The notes under the pieces were generated by a model. That model was not told the DNA's origin and did not search any database. It worked only from the letters and a program-made list of their open reading frames with translations. A DNA stretch of 51,657 bases, filler included, from Sphacelaria rigidula (Eukaryota), in assembly GCA_964200075.2 (NCBI GenBank). It is 4 parts of 4 records of this genome, joined end to end, with 100 filler letters (N's around TTAATTAATTAA, not from the genome) between each part and the next. Parts side by side here need not be neighbours in the genome. Positions count along the whole stretch, not along the records: positions 25,881 to 38,719 come from CAXNAA020003374.1; 3 more parts are not named here. One strand, 5' to 3'. Numbering within the stretch: the stretch's first letter is position 1; the number at the start of each line of letters is the position of its first letter. This document shows positions 25,941 through 38,719 of the stretch, piece after piece. The translations under genes were made by a program, and so were the position numbers.

Positions 25941-27779
25941 AAATGACAGTACAGTATATAATACACAGTATTTGCCAGGAGAAAACACGATGCTCGCAAG
26001 GGAACCGACCCACGAGCTTCAGCTGTCTTTACCGTGACAGACATCTCGCCACTAAAGAGAAGCACAGAATCGGGTGCATTGGCCTCTTCAGTACTCGCAC
26101 ATACCACCACAGTTGAATATCATGCAGCAGCCGAGTACGGGAAAACAATGTACAGTACCATCCTTCTGCTTCTCCCTACACAATGATAATCATTAAGTGA
26201 GACGCGCTCGCTGAGCAAGTAGTCGTGAGTGACAAAAAATGCAGACGAACATAGTTGGCAGCTAGATACAGCGTTGGCCGGATGGTATCGTAATTACGGT
26301 ACGTTTGATTGTAGTGACAGCACTGCGCTGTAGCTAAAGTACGATACTGGCTGTACTGCGAAGTTAAAGCAAGTTCAGCTGCCACATAAACTAGTGCATC
26401 GCTTGAACGCAACACGCTCGCTTCCGGGGATCGGGCCGTGCTTCAGGGCTAAAGGCAGAGGGGGGGGGGGCGAGAGACAAGAGCAGGTACTGTTGCTACT
26501 TTGAATTCTACAGGGCCGACCGGACATCGTGTCTACAGCGGCGTATAATACCTTTCAGTCGTGTGTCACAGTCACTTATGCCAAGAATCCTGCAATTATG
26601 ACACGCCCCGAACACTTTATCGCGCAGAAGATTTGTTTCGAGATCTTACGTGTAACGGCATGTAGGGTATTTACGTTATCGAGATACAAACGAGGTAGAT
26701 ATATGATTTGTGACCCGGGGGTGGTATGCACCGTCACCTAAGAGTAACGGCAGAGCTTCTCAAGTTCTTGCAGAGCTGCACTCTTATCCACTGTCGTTCC
26801 GTGTAATGAACTGTTACCTGTCTAGCTACGGCCCGATTGACTCCATGGTCCTGTCTATCCTGATTACCAGGACCGGGGGGGAGAAGAGAAGATATCCAAC
26901 TCATTGTAGACGTTTCACCGCGGCGTGACCTTCAGCGTCCCCAGCAACACAGCGTGCTCCGTGTCGCCCCTGTCGCGTGCAGCTGCTCGAGATATCTGTA
27001 GAGCTCCAAATGATTTGTCGTACACTGAATATATAGGTTATTATTTATTTGTGCTGAATCATCTTGCGCGAAACACTACTGTGCTTTCTCCAGCCAACAT
27101 GTTATGCACGTGGATCATTGTACCATAGCGTAGGACGTTGCAAAAGCTGGAAATCCGATCGATGGATCACTATTCTGTTCATGTGGTTAACATGTTTGTT
27201 GGACATGGCCGCAAGCTACACCAATTGCTCAAGAGAGAAATACAGCATGATGCTTCAAACAGTGAAGATACGATCCCAACCGTGAACAGTCTTGTGGTGA
27301 ACCTCTAGCAGAAATCTTGTGTAAAACTGTTCCCCGCTCTCTCATGAGCTCCTCAACCTTCGCTCAACAGTATTGATCGCGAGTTTTGGAGCCGTAAGAT
27401 ACGTTGTGCTGATGTCGTCTGCTTTAGCTTCTCTCTGCGTAAGCAATCTCTTTCCCTGCGACGCTGGCAATGAGGCACAGCAAAATGCCCAGAATATCAA
27501 AATATCCGAGCAAGGCGAAGCGAGTGGTACTTTCTGTGGCTACACAACAGTATTTATAACACGCGCATGTTGGTTTTGTTCGGTACGAAAGTTTTGTCGG
27601 GATATTGTACCCAGGTATGCACGTACATTCTGGACACGAGAACTCGTCTAAGGTTGGGGTAGAAGCTACAAAAAGGTAGCCGTCAGGCTGTCCAGGGTAG
27701 TACGTGAACCGTTTTCCCTCGTCATGTTTCTGGGTGATGAGAGGTTATTGCTGCTCATATTTTCTTCCAAACATGAAGA

Positions 27780-28190
27780 TACTGTACAACAAACGAGTTG
27801 AGTCTTCTTTCAATAATTTAGGCGGCAAAATCAGTAGCATCGGGCGGTGGTGTCACTCCTGGAATCCACAGCCGCACTGGCCAGGCCTGAACGTGCTGTT
27901 ATACAAGTACAGCAGAGCGGTATACGACAACCCGTACATCGCCCTGGCCACAAAGGTTCGTCTCCTGAACGTGGAAGTGATCGAGATCATGCTATGCGGC
28001 TGCTTGACCTGGACGATCGCGCCCGAAAATTCGGCGCGTTGCAAGATGCCAACCGCGAGTTCCTGCTGAAGTGTCTCAACAAGTGTAACAACACTATGCC
28101 GCAGCGCTCCCGACTACGACCGCGAGGTCCTCGAAAGGACTGGCTGAGCGTGCATCGAGGCTACCGTGATGAGGCGAACTCTCCCACCGG
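27780..28190 (+). mobile_element. RTE-like LINE reverse transcriptase fragment (thumb region), decayed
   Basis: NLGGKIS...KYSRAVYDNPYIALATKVRLLNVEVIEIMLCGCLTWT resembles the RTE-clade YLG...LLYGCxTW region; frameshifted. Confidence 0.75.
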
Positions 28191-29912
28191 CCTATCCCTG
28201 TACATGTGTGTGATAGTATGTCTTTACACATGATCATTGAGCCGAAAGTATATTATGTACTCGTAGCCACCACCAGTGCTTCGTCGTCTAACGACATGGC
28301 TGTGCCTTGGCTGTGCAGATGATTGTAAAACGCTGGAATATGCCGATAGGAACTGAGATTGGCGGAGGGGTTTTCGTAACCGTATTTTTTTCGTAGGATA
28401 CATGTACTGGCCACGTATCTGAAAGGGCAGCATTTTGGCCGCCGGCACGGGACACCAAGTATACCGCCGCACTCGTACATACATGGAGTTAACAGCACAA
28501 AGGGTACATGAGGGAAATTCTTGACCGGGGCGAAATACGAGCTGCTTGAGTTCAGGAAAGTGATAAAAACTTCCCGTTGCTTTCAAGCCAAAAAGTCCTC
28601 CACACAAGCGGGCTACCTTGTGATCCATAAGATAGCTGGGTATCCAACGATCCCGTTGTTTTCCCCAGTGAACACTCTTCCACGACGCTTGAGTAGCGAA
28701 CCTATCTACGACTCCGCTTGAGTAGTTCTCGCGCGAGAAGGGTGGCGGCGGCAGCAGCAGCTGCGACTCGGTCAGGTCTTCAAGACGGGGGTAAGAAGAT
28801 ACCAGGAAGAGTGACCGCCGATCTGCTGTATTGAAACTTCTAGTGGCGAAAACATGCAGTCTTCTCAGGGTGGGAAACATGAACCCGAGATTACTGTTCG
28901 CCGTGTCACAGCATTGCGGCTTGAAAGTTACTTGGAAGTTGCTACTACTACACTGCCGAGCGCTATCAAGAGAACGGTGTTATTTCTGCGTATGTACTAC
29001 AGCACAGTGCTGTACGTACATTTCATCCGCCGCATGTAGCTGGTTTCCGGTCGTGATAAGAAAACGGTGTCGAATTTGCGCCAAGTTTCACGAATACCTA
29101 CCACGTACGTACTGCCGCACACCTCGTTTCATTTTTGTAAGAAACCCCACGAACATGCGCGTTACCTGCGTCGAGACTGACGGAGACAATCCAATGGCAG
29201 AAAGAGGTGCGTTATTATCAAGACCATGGTACGCACCTATACCGTGGGGTTTAGTTATACCCGGCAGTAAAAAACTATGAAACATTCACTTCTGTTTTTC
29301 AGCACACGTCCATCCGACGTTCTGCCGTTGTCCCTGACGGAACCCTCCCCCCCCCCACCCCTCCCTTCTGCTCTGAAGGCAAGTTGAAAGTTTCATGACG
29401 GAACCAGGAGAGTGCGCGTCAATTGTCTATTTTGTATTCCGTCGCTGCTGGTAAACCAGTTTGTTGTGTGGTACGATGAATCGATATCTGACACCGTAGC
29501 TCGTGCTCTTCTACGGCACACACATGTTGCTGAAAGTACAGCACGTAGAGAGGACGCTTCTGCATTAATGTCAGTATATCAGTGGCTGTTTTCTCGTCAG
29601 ACGGCGGTAGAGTGACAGCAGGGAACTTGTATCAGCATACTATCGCTGTTCGTCTATGCACGTGGGAAGGACGCTACAACTATCATGGCACGAACTGATG
29701 CTTTCAGTCGGCGATGAAACCGTTGCTGTGCACCTTGTAGTCCCCGTTTTCCCCTCTGGCCCCGTCTCGATTCAGTCCACTAACTGAACGTCGCGTCCAT
29801 ATCCTCACAACTGTCTCCGTGACGTCACCCTTCATTCCTCTGCTGCAACCTTTCGTTCACGCATTCACGGACTTAGGGCACCACAAGCGTTTTACCCTTT
29901 TCAAGGTACACT

Positions 29913-29945
29913 ATGGGGGCCAAAAACTCCAAGAGCGACGATCAA
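29913..29945 (+). CDS. PKA-R-like exon 1 (MGAKNSKSDDQ, N-myristoylation motif)
   Basis: ATG-Gly start, Ser6 and Lys7, GTGAGT donor, phase 0 into the next exon. Confidence 0.75.
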
Positions 29946-32900
29946 GTGAGTAATGGACATATGCGTAAACTTTTGTATCATTTTTGCAGTGCTGCCGTTC
30001 CGTACCCCCCCGCGCTCTAGAGAGCATTAGCCAACTGTTGCAAACTTCGCGGTGTGAGTCACAGTCTCAACCGACGACATACTATCGTGGTAGCAGTAGC
30101 CACAGAAATAGTAGCAGCAAACACGGCCGACGAGGCTGCAGCACCCACAGACTAGTACATCCACCATGGGTGGGCTATTCGTTTTGTGTATGTGTGCGCA
30201 CGGGTGTGTACGTTTGTGGCGGATCTCCTCCGCGTTGCCTCTTTCCGAGGCAACCCCATGGGTATCAGATAACCTGACTACCACTTGAAAAATCTTTGGA
30301 CGGGGATACCGGGAACATTTTTTTAAACAGCAATTCGTTCAATGCACGTGGGTTGCAAACAAGCTGAGCGTGGCAACAAGTAGTACTGTATCACCCCTGC
30401 GTGTCCACGCTCCCTCTCCTCATGACTGACTGAATCAATCCAAGGCTCAATCGACGGACGCACCTCCATCGCCCGTGCCGAAAGGAGCTGTCAATCGCCG
30501 GCGACGTGTCAGCGTCAGCGCAGAAGTCGATACCTCCAAGGTAAAACCGACCCTCCATCTTGGTGCACGCACTACAACTCATCACTGTACAGAAGGACAC
30601 TCGTCTGCGGTACTGGTGCTTTGCTTTCCCGGGAAAGCGGCTACTAGAACAGTCTGTAGTTGTAGCGTTCGGTTTTAGCATTGGCGAAGCCGTCCTGAAA
30701 TACTGCATTCTCGAGAAGTCTATTTACTAGTATGTTGCACGGGTAGCAGGCATTGCTGAAAAAAGTCAACAGTTTGCAGCAGAAGTCTCCGTCAGCATGC
30801 GCGCAGCAGTTCACGACACAGTTGTGGTTTACTCTTCCATGGTGAAGAAGGCTGTTGCAGCATTACCATTGCAGAGTAACGATCATCTTCAACTCCCGCA
30901 GATCCATAAATAACAAGGGCTGGTGTGATAGATGCAGTCACGACGACCATCACTCTGATGCTACGAAGACCAGAACCCGTTCAACGCTGGGGGCAGGCGG
31001 GATAATCTAGATTATCAGTCTACTGAGGACATCATTGGTTTGGACGATTTTCGGTGATTCCACTGCATACTAGGGTACATTTTCCGAGAACGGCAAATGT
31101 GCAGCGCCGATGGACCCCCCCCCCCTCCTCCCCCCTCTATGGTCTTATGACTATGGCATGCATAAGCATGAGGACACCCCTCCTCCCCCCTCCTGCCGCC
31201 ACCTCCCACCCTAGCGTCCAACGACTCTCGACGAATTTACCATAAGCCGCCGCGATACTCTGCCACAATGCTGCTGCTGCAGGCGCCGCGGGTAAAGAAA
31301 TTCTTCCCCAAAACGGCCGCGCAGCTGAAGGACATCGAAAAGGCGATGAGCATGTGCTTTCTCTTCTCGTCCCTGGACAACGAACAGCGCAAAGAGGTAC
31401 TCGTACACCACCGAGTAGCGTTGTACCGCAAGCCCTGTCTTGAAATTAGAAGGCAAAAACGACAACGACATATTTGTTTCAGAGAAGTGCATTCAGCACC
31501 GTTCAGTTCCCGTCTGAGACTGTGGAACCAGAAATTAATGCTACGTAATGCAGGGCACGTTCGATATTTCTGATATATATTTTCGCGTGTAAATAAATAG
31601 ATTATTAAGCGCAGAGCTACCCCCTTACATGTAAACCACAAACAAGTGGCGGGGAAAGCCAGCATTCTGGTAAATATCGATATCCTGAGATATATCATGA
31701 TGTTTTTCGTCGATGATGTGATATTGTTTCAAACAACGACCGTGCGTGATGGAGCGCAGGTAAACACCCCAGAGAGCAAAGTATGATTGATCTCCGTCTC
31801 CTAGAAAGTTCGACGACTATATCCCTTACTGCCACGTGCCAGCATAGGTATGTGGCGATAGGATAGATCAATAGAGGCCGATGTTCCTTCATTCACCGTG
31901 AGTCGTGCCAAATACATTTGTGCTTCGCCGAGCTCTGTAGGCAGTGGGCTCCAGCAGTTAAGGTTCGCGTATGATCTTAAAGCCCGAAAAACAACAGCCA
32001 AGATTTCGATGTTCACCGGTCTGTGCGATGTTGACCACAGTAGCGACACCCGGTTCAATACCGGCGACAACTGCGTCGCATCTTTGGAGGGGGGTGCATA
32101 CCCTTTCTCATATTGGATTGGCTGTTGGACTCTGCCATCCGAATATAAAAAAAGAAAATGGAACGCCGTTCGGTTACCGCCTAAAACTGCCGTCGTGACA
32201 TATTTTCCGGGAAGTTACGTCCGCATCCGATTTTAACCCGTTTGGAACCGTTGATGGAAAAGTGACGATTTCCAAACTCCAATCTGCGAGCTTTTGTCAC
32301 CAGGAAAACGTTACTTCGAGTTTGATGCACGAATCTGTCACATTAGAGTACTTGAACTGAGACTGGTGCACCGTTTTGGTGGGTTGCATCATCAACCATT
32401 GCAGAAAACAAAAATCGTATCTTGCATGAGAAAACGTCGATTGTAAATCGACACTTTTCCATTAGCGGTCCCAAAAGATTCAAACTATGTTTGGCTCCAT
32501 TTGGTCATTAATCTTTGGTACCAACACGTTTCCAGGCAGTCGTTTTTTGCGGTGCTTTCAGGTATCGGTAGGTTCAGGCCACAGCTACAACACAAGTTGG
32601 AGCATTTGCATGGCGGTATCCATGTTGCTACCTACCTCCAACAACGCAAACGAGCAATGCTACGTGCTTGTATATACTTTTTTTTGTCTCTATTCATACG
32701 CAGCAGTCGGGGTTTACCGTCAAGCCCCGACAGTACATTGTCGCCAGAGGATAGGTTTCTTTCACGGTCGACGTTTTGACAACAACGTCTTCTACACAAT
32801 GCGCTTGCTTTCTTGTTTTGTGAAGGTGGTAGAATCCATGGAAGAGAAGCGCTTCGAGCCGGGGGACCTCGTGATTAAGGAGGGGGGTGCGGGGGACTAC

Positions 32901-35900
32901 TTCTATGTGACTGGCTCTGGTGAGCTAGAGGTGAGTACGTTTCAAGTGCAATATAACATATTAATCAGGCAAGCTCAAATTGACGTAGATCATTGGTCGT
33001 AACGATTAGCTATTTGAGCTTCTCCTGTACATACGCACGATGGTTCTTGACTAAACTTGTAATATGTATTTCCAACAATCTGTGTTTCCGTTAGCCGAGA
33101 ACTTGAGTGCATCATGTTGCATGCGAGTATTGTACACTTTGAACACGTAGTGCCCCCCTCGGATTCGGAAGCTATGTGCTCATCGTTGATAATGAAAAAA
33201 GTATCTCACTACATGAAATTCCACCCTACAAATTTCGGGACTGGTGGATGGCCTGTGTATATAAAAATCTATATGTGGACCTTCGACTACGGAGTTGCGT
33301 GACGTATCTTCACATCAGCATCATCATCATTCTCGTGCATGAAAATCGAGGAGCCAGCTGTTTGCGCCTGCATCATATAGACAGGCACAACCAGACAACC
33401 AGACAACAAATTACAGATCAAACGGACTGTTTCGTTGTCACAGCTCAACATATCCTCGAAATCGGGACTGCGGGTATGGCTACACAACACTCACGGCCAG
33501 TTGATGCCGACGATTAGTGTAAAGCAGTATGTCCCGCACGGCCCTACTGTACGACTGAAAAAAAAAACTACTATAATATGTGAAAGGACGAGAGTGTTCT
33601 CGGGTTGACAAGTGCAACGATGCCTAGACTGGAGATGACTAGATCAACACCCCTTGCGATTCGATGTCTTTTTTGCCTGCGGATTTCAACAAAACACTGT
33701 GTTCTCTTGTTCGACCCTTCTTTTCAAAGTGTATACAGTGAAATTCTTTTTTTCCGTCAGTCGCTCAGAGTGCAAAGATTGCCGTCTGGAGATACCGTCG
33801 TACACTGTACGCAGAACGTGTCCAAAAAGTTTCATGTTTTGCACTTCGTGTCGTCCCTGCACTCGTTTCACGTACCATCCGGATAACGACACTATGCGTC
33901 CTGGCTTGTAAGTCCCTGGTTCAGCAAGGGGTACGCTGTGGCTACGGCCCGGAACCCTCATGTCGTTGCTTCCCACCGCGAGAGACACTACTCGCAGGCT
34001 TGGAGAAGGGTCCAACAGCACTTCTTCGAAGCTCGAGTGACGGCCTCTGTTTGTAATGCTTTATCGTTGAACGCTCTCGTCAATCTCGTTCCTCTTCCGC
34101 GATTCTTACCGCGTGGAGCCTGAAAAAACGGAGCGCTTTACACACCATTACTGCACCAAAACAGCGCTAGCGCTGGGAGGTCGAACATGCCACAGGGGTT
34201 GATTGTGCGCTACTGTACCGGTTTCGGCGGGCATACCGAGGGGTTATTCAAAGCCAGCGCACTCTGAACCAATGGAACATTCGGCTACTTCACCAGCACG
34301 ACACGGTATAATCACAACAATCGGAGATCAGCGCGGTAGCGACTACAAATGGTTTAGCCTCGGTGTAATTGTTGACGGTCGTTAGCAATCTACCCGTCTA
34401 CCTCGTAAATCAATTGCATGCCAAAGGTATTACGCGAAGCATGAATGAATCCCGGGTTGATGACAAGCTCGACCTCAGTTATCTAAAGACCAGCGACGGC
34501 CGCATTGTGGAACGGAAGCATCTTTTCGAGACATTTTTCGTAAACGGGATCTTCTATGGCAGTGCGGGTCCTTGGTTATGGCGAAAATAGGGGGTGGTTA
34601 CTTTGTTTCACGGGATGGTGGTATTCCATAACCTACGGCATTGACAGGCACGCAATCACGTGCGAGCAGTTGTTCGCGTCAGTCTCGATGAGAAATGGAC
34701 ATCGAAAAGGGGGGGGGAAACGTGTGCTGGTTTATGATTAAAATAGAAAAGTGAATTTCGAGGCACTCGTTATCTCTTTGACATCTGTACGTTGTGCCAT
34801 CACCCAACTTCTTTCCGTGATATACTGTGGCACCCGGAATGTTGTTTTTCACGCTGGCTTCTTTCGAGCATAGTTTTAGTTGAACCTGGCGTCTTGTGGA
34901 ATACTGTACCGTGCCGACTTGTGTTCCGTCGATACGGTTGTTTTGCGTTACTTCGACCCATGTGACCACTTTTCCTGTGCTTGTCGCTCTGTATGGTCGA
35001 TGGGTACAGCGATTAACTGTCTGGCTAACCGCCTCACACTAGCTGCTGCGCCACCAATCACCCAACTTGTAGTCACGATAGAGACGTTCTGGCAATTCAG
35101 GTTTTCATAGCTGGAAAAAACAACGACGAGGCGGTGCGCACTCTAAAAGCTGGCGACGCATTCGGGGAGCTGGCTCTCATGTACAACTCTCCAAGGACCG
35201 CCACAGTCAAGGTATAACACAAGTACCCACGCACCGCGCACTTCATGAGGAGGGAGTGCGGGGGTGGGGGGTACCCATTTGTTGCCCGCTTTAGTCAAAT
35301 GACCAAAGATCACGCAACCCTTTCGAGATGGAACACCGTTCCTATTCCTATCAGAGACACAAGCACCATTTGGGGGCTCACTATTTTTTCCCTTGCATTA
35401 CATAAAACCTTTCAACATATCTTACTCCACTCCTGTTTCGCCGTCTGTGACCACCATCTATAACCTTGTATAGCGATCGTTTTTTCGTTGATATGTAATG
35501 TTCCAAATGATTCCATGTCACAGTCGTTGAGTGCCCTCATTTCCCCCTTCAACACGTCCCGTTCCTCCTTGTACAGTTCATATTCTCCCACCATATAAAA
35601 CTGTCGCTAGCTATTGCTTCGCCGAAGGGGCAACTCTGTGCATCTCTTTCCTCCTCCACCCGACTACTGGTATATATCTTTCTTCTTTCTGGCAAGTTCA
35701 GGTCCTCTTCCCAGGTTCAGCTTTTTCGCGTATTCCATTAGGCCGTGCAAATACGTTGTCATCCCTATCCTCCTCTTCTCAACCCCCCCTATATTTTCAT
35801 GTGCTCTTCCTCGTCCCCTTTCTGTCTTAGCGCGTGTTTTCCCCGTTATTTCATCACTTCGTTTACGTTTGTTTTGCACTCCCCACATTCACCTACGGAC

Positions 35901-37335
35901 ATTGTTTCTCCGTGATTTCGTCCTTTATCGTTCCATACTTTCTCGACTACGCTGTTCCACCTTGTCCAGCCTCCCCTTTCGTTTTTTCTTCTATACGGCC
36001 CTGTCGATTATGGCGGGCAGTATTTTTTTTTGTATGTTCCCTACGTTATCATTTACGTATTCCCTTAGCTGCTGTCATCTGTATTCTTTATAGCTGCTTC
36101 ACTAACTTCGCATTCCCTCACCATCTTTCTCCTGCATCTTCTGGCGTTAGTACGATTGCATCCATCAGAACACATATCTTAACCATAGTGTCGAGGTGCG
36201 AGTCTGTTAGGATCATGTCCACCTTGGCTATATTGTCGTACTCTTTCCTACTGCGTCATTTATGTGTGCATCCCAAGAACGGTTTTAATATATCTCTACG
36301 CCGAGGTGTGCATACTGGTCTCCCATCGGTACTTCCTCTCCATGGAGGCCGGGGCGGGGCGGGGACTGCGCCCTCATAATCCCTGCTCCACGAGCCGGTA
36401 GCGTGAAGCTTGATTGCTCTTACTGTGACTCTCGTAGATACCCTTTTGCACAAAAAGAGAGGAAGGAGTCTGCCGTGTGTTCCAAGCCGACTTGTACCCA
36501 CCATGCTCCGGTGAGTGAAGAAGACTAGAGGGAACGTTCGGCGTCTGTGAGGCGTCGTTTGACTCCAGACAGTTGATTATCGATTTTTCTTCAGCCCAGA
36601 CCTCCCCTGCCCCCCTCCGAAGTATACACAGCGAGAGTCATCCAGCTCTTGTATTCAAATGTCTTTTGTCATGCTGAAGGACTACTCGACCTTCAATTAC
36701 ACAATCAACCGGTAGGGACTACAATTCTCATTTACCAGTAAAAGACAAAAATGTGCTGGGGAGGGGTTTCTGCATAAAGCAAGCGCGGCGCTGAATACGC
36801 TGCCGTTCTTCGGTTCAACACTACGTAGCTCATCTCACTACGAAGCCATCCATGTGACGGCCACACCTCGTGGAGAGCATGCGCGCAGAGGGGAAGGAAG
36901 GGGGGCGGGCCGATTCCCTCTTGAGACTAACGATCGATGCGCGTGTACGTTTTGGTGAAACACCGTCTAAAACGTGAGGGTAACAAAATTCGGCTAAAGT
37001 CAACCGGCTGCGCGAGTGCCGACCCATTGCCCAGAAGAGTACAAGGCAAGTACTCCCTGCGGGAGAGATGGCTTGGTCCCTTGAGACTGCGGACTCCGTA
37101 GGAGGAGGGGTGCCCGGAGCTACAAGTGCTGCACGGCATACGGCATCAACACATGTGCAAAGGATACCTACTGCTCACTCGTCCGCCACCCTCTTGTTTT
37201 TCGTGTACCCCCGTTGCTAACAATTAGGCCGTGACAGGATGCCTGGTGTGGGCGCTGGACAGGACAACGTTCCGCCACACGATCCAGGAGGCCGGTCAGC
37301 AGCGCCGCAAGAAGTACGAGGAGTTCCTCGCGAAT
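29913..37335 (+). CDS. PKAR: cAMP-dependent protein kinase regulatory subunit-like gene, 5' part. Exons 29913-29945, 30445-30540, 31283-31396, 32826-32930, 35101-35211, 37228-37335; 3' exons not found
   Basis: Six GT-AG exons join in frame to give MGAKNSKSDDQ/AQSTDAPPSPVPKGAVNRRRRVSVSAEVDTSK/APRVKKFFPKTAAQLKDIEKAMSMCFLFSSLDNEQRKE/VVESMEEKRFEPGDLVIKEGGAGDYFYVTGSGELE/VFIAGKNNDEAVRTLKAGDAFGELALMYNSPRTATVK/AVTGCLVWALDRTTFRHTIQEAGQQRRKKYEEFLAN. This contains an inhibitor site plus a complete CNB-A domain. Confidence 0.9.
30445..30540 (+). CDS. PKA-R-like exon 2 (inhibitor sequence RRRRVSVSAE)
   Basis: CTGAC branch-like motif, AAG acceptor, GTAAAA donor; resembles the RII-type RRxSVxAE site. Confidence 0.85.
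31283..31396 (+). CDS. PKA-R-like exon 3
   Basis: CAG acceptor and GTAC donor; FPKT...FLFSSLDNEQ is the typical linker and start of CNB-A. Confidence 0.9.
32237..32479. mobile_element. piggyBac-like MITE in PKA-R intron 3
   Basis: TTAA-CCCGTTTGGAACCGTTGATGGAAAAGTGACGATTT pairs with AAATCGACACTTTTCCATTAGCGGTCCCAAAAGA. Confidence 0.65.
32826..32930 (+). CDS. PKA-R-like exon 4
   Basis: GDLVIKEGGAGDYFYV CNB beta-strand motif; GTGAGT donor. Confidence 0.92.
35101..35211 (+). CDS. PKA-R-like exon 5 (phosphate-binding cassette)
   Basis: FGELALMYNSPRTATVK; CAG and GT boundaries. Confidence 0.93.
35275..36340 (-). mobile_element. 5'-truncated, decayed LINE (RT thumb, C-terminal Cys/His region and 3' end) in PKA-R intron 5
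   Basis: Broken frames read DQYAHLGVEI...WDAHI...ILTDSHLDT...GNAKLVKQL and MVGEYELYKEERDVL...EKTIAI.GYRWW.QTAKQE. Confidence 0.8.
36880..37110 (+). mobile_element. Diverged SINE-related fragment
   Basis: GGGAGAGATGG...CCCTTGAGACTGCGGACTC resembles the 3' part of the 44024 SINE. Confidence 0.45.
37228..37335 (+). CDS. PKA-R-like exon 6
   Basis: VWALDRTTFR...RRKKYEEFL, the end of CNB-A; CTAAC branch point, TAG acceptor, GTGAGT donor. Confidence 0.92.
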
Positions 37336-37594
37336 GTGAGTGCTGTGCTTCCCCTTATCGTACTCGCGTGCTGTGTACCAATGGGCAATCAGCGGCTTGA
37401 GGAAAACGCGTGACGTCAACTACTCCGATAAGGCAATAACCGTAAACATATCTCATCTTCTCTATATCTTCGACCGATAATAGAAGCCGTTTTCGCCTTC
37501 TTAGGCTTGTCCACTCTTATGTCTCCTCCCACGACGTTCATTTTGAATAGTGTCTCATGTTTTAAAATTCACACCATCTAGTGGTATGCCGCTG

Positions 37595-37895
37595 CGAACC
37601 GGTGGTGTAATGGTCCGACTGTCGCCATCAGGGTGGAGAGAACGAGGGTTCGATTCCCAATGCATTGGATTTTTTAATCGTAATGTCTGATTTCCACCGT
37701 GGAAAGCGTGAGAACGTGAGTAAATAAAGTAGTCGACTGGATTTGTGTGACGTGAGTTGACGCGGTGCAGGAGTGCTGTCCACATCCGCGAGACCAAAGT
37801 GTACGGCGCGTACCAGGGGAGATGGGTTCCCGCCCCAAATTGTTAGGCGCGTACCACGGACTCATCCCGAGGAAGGGAAGGAAATGAAAGTGCGA
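37595..37895 (+). mobile_element. tRNA-derived SINE
   Basis: A box TGGTGTAATGG and B box GGTTCGATTCC; body homologous to 44024-44332. Confidence 0.8.
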
Positions 37896-38719
37896 GGAAA
37901 AAAAAAAAGTCCTTCTTTTCTATCTCTTCTACATTTTGCAATTTCTGCACGCTTGATATGTTGCCAACGAGGCGCTCCGACACTATGAGCTAGCTGTTCT
38001 TTGGTTATCCGGATCGGTAGACGGAAGTTACCCTGCTATAGTAATAGCTGTTTCTTTTTGTACGATTGCGAAACAAACACGGGGAATATCTACCAAGCAC
38101 GAGCTCTGTTTCCACAGCCTTGCGTGTTGTACAGACTTCTTGCCTGGAGCCTTCGCAGGAGCCTCCCGCCGTTTTTTTCGGGGTCGGTGCTAGTTTTTAG
38201 TCAGGCGTCCATTTCAGTGTACCCCGCCTGTGTTATCCTCCTCCGTTCTTGATATTGAAGTTCTTTGTCAGGATTACTTTAGCAAGTGCTGACGATCACG
38301 TACCTTGAGCATGTTAACTGTGTGACCACGGTCGGGTTCACCGCGGATGTGTTGATGTGCGACAATCAATCCATCGATCGATCAGTTCGTGCTGTGCAGG
38401 CTACGACCGGAGTGGAGTGGGAGATGTTGCAGCGAACCTTCAGTATAAATGAAAAATGGCTATTTTTAGCGACGCAGAGGAGTACAGTAGAAGGGATTGC
38501 ATTGTACATCTAAGAAAAAAAAAAGCGTAACATTATGTCACGTCCTGAAACGGCGGTACCAGGAATGCCAGGTAAGCCGAGAGGGTCCGATTTTTGCTTG
38601 GCTCAACCAACACGCCAACGTTTTCAACTTCGACTTCTATCACGCTCACGCTTGGTGATTGAGTGCGAGCCTGGTCCGACGAAAACCCGGCGTGCTCCGT
38701 CCCGGCTTTGTAGAGATGC

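Noticed and set aside
28224-28880. 218-aa ORF as a single-exon gene
   Set aside because: No recognisable domain; at most a short internal part looks exon-like.
35614-36379. Plus-strand ORFs of 159 and 181 aa
   Set aside because: Antisense shadows of the minus-strand LINE fragment.
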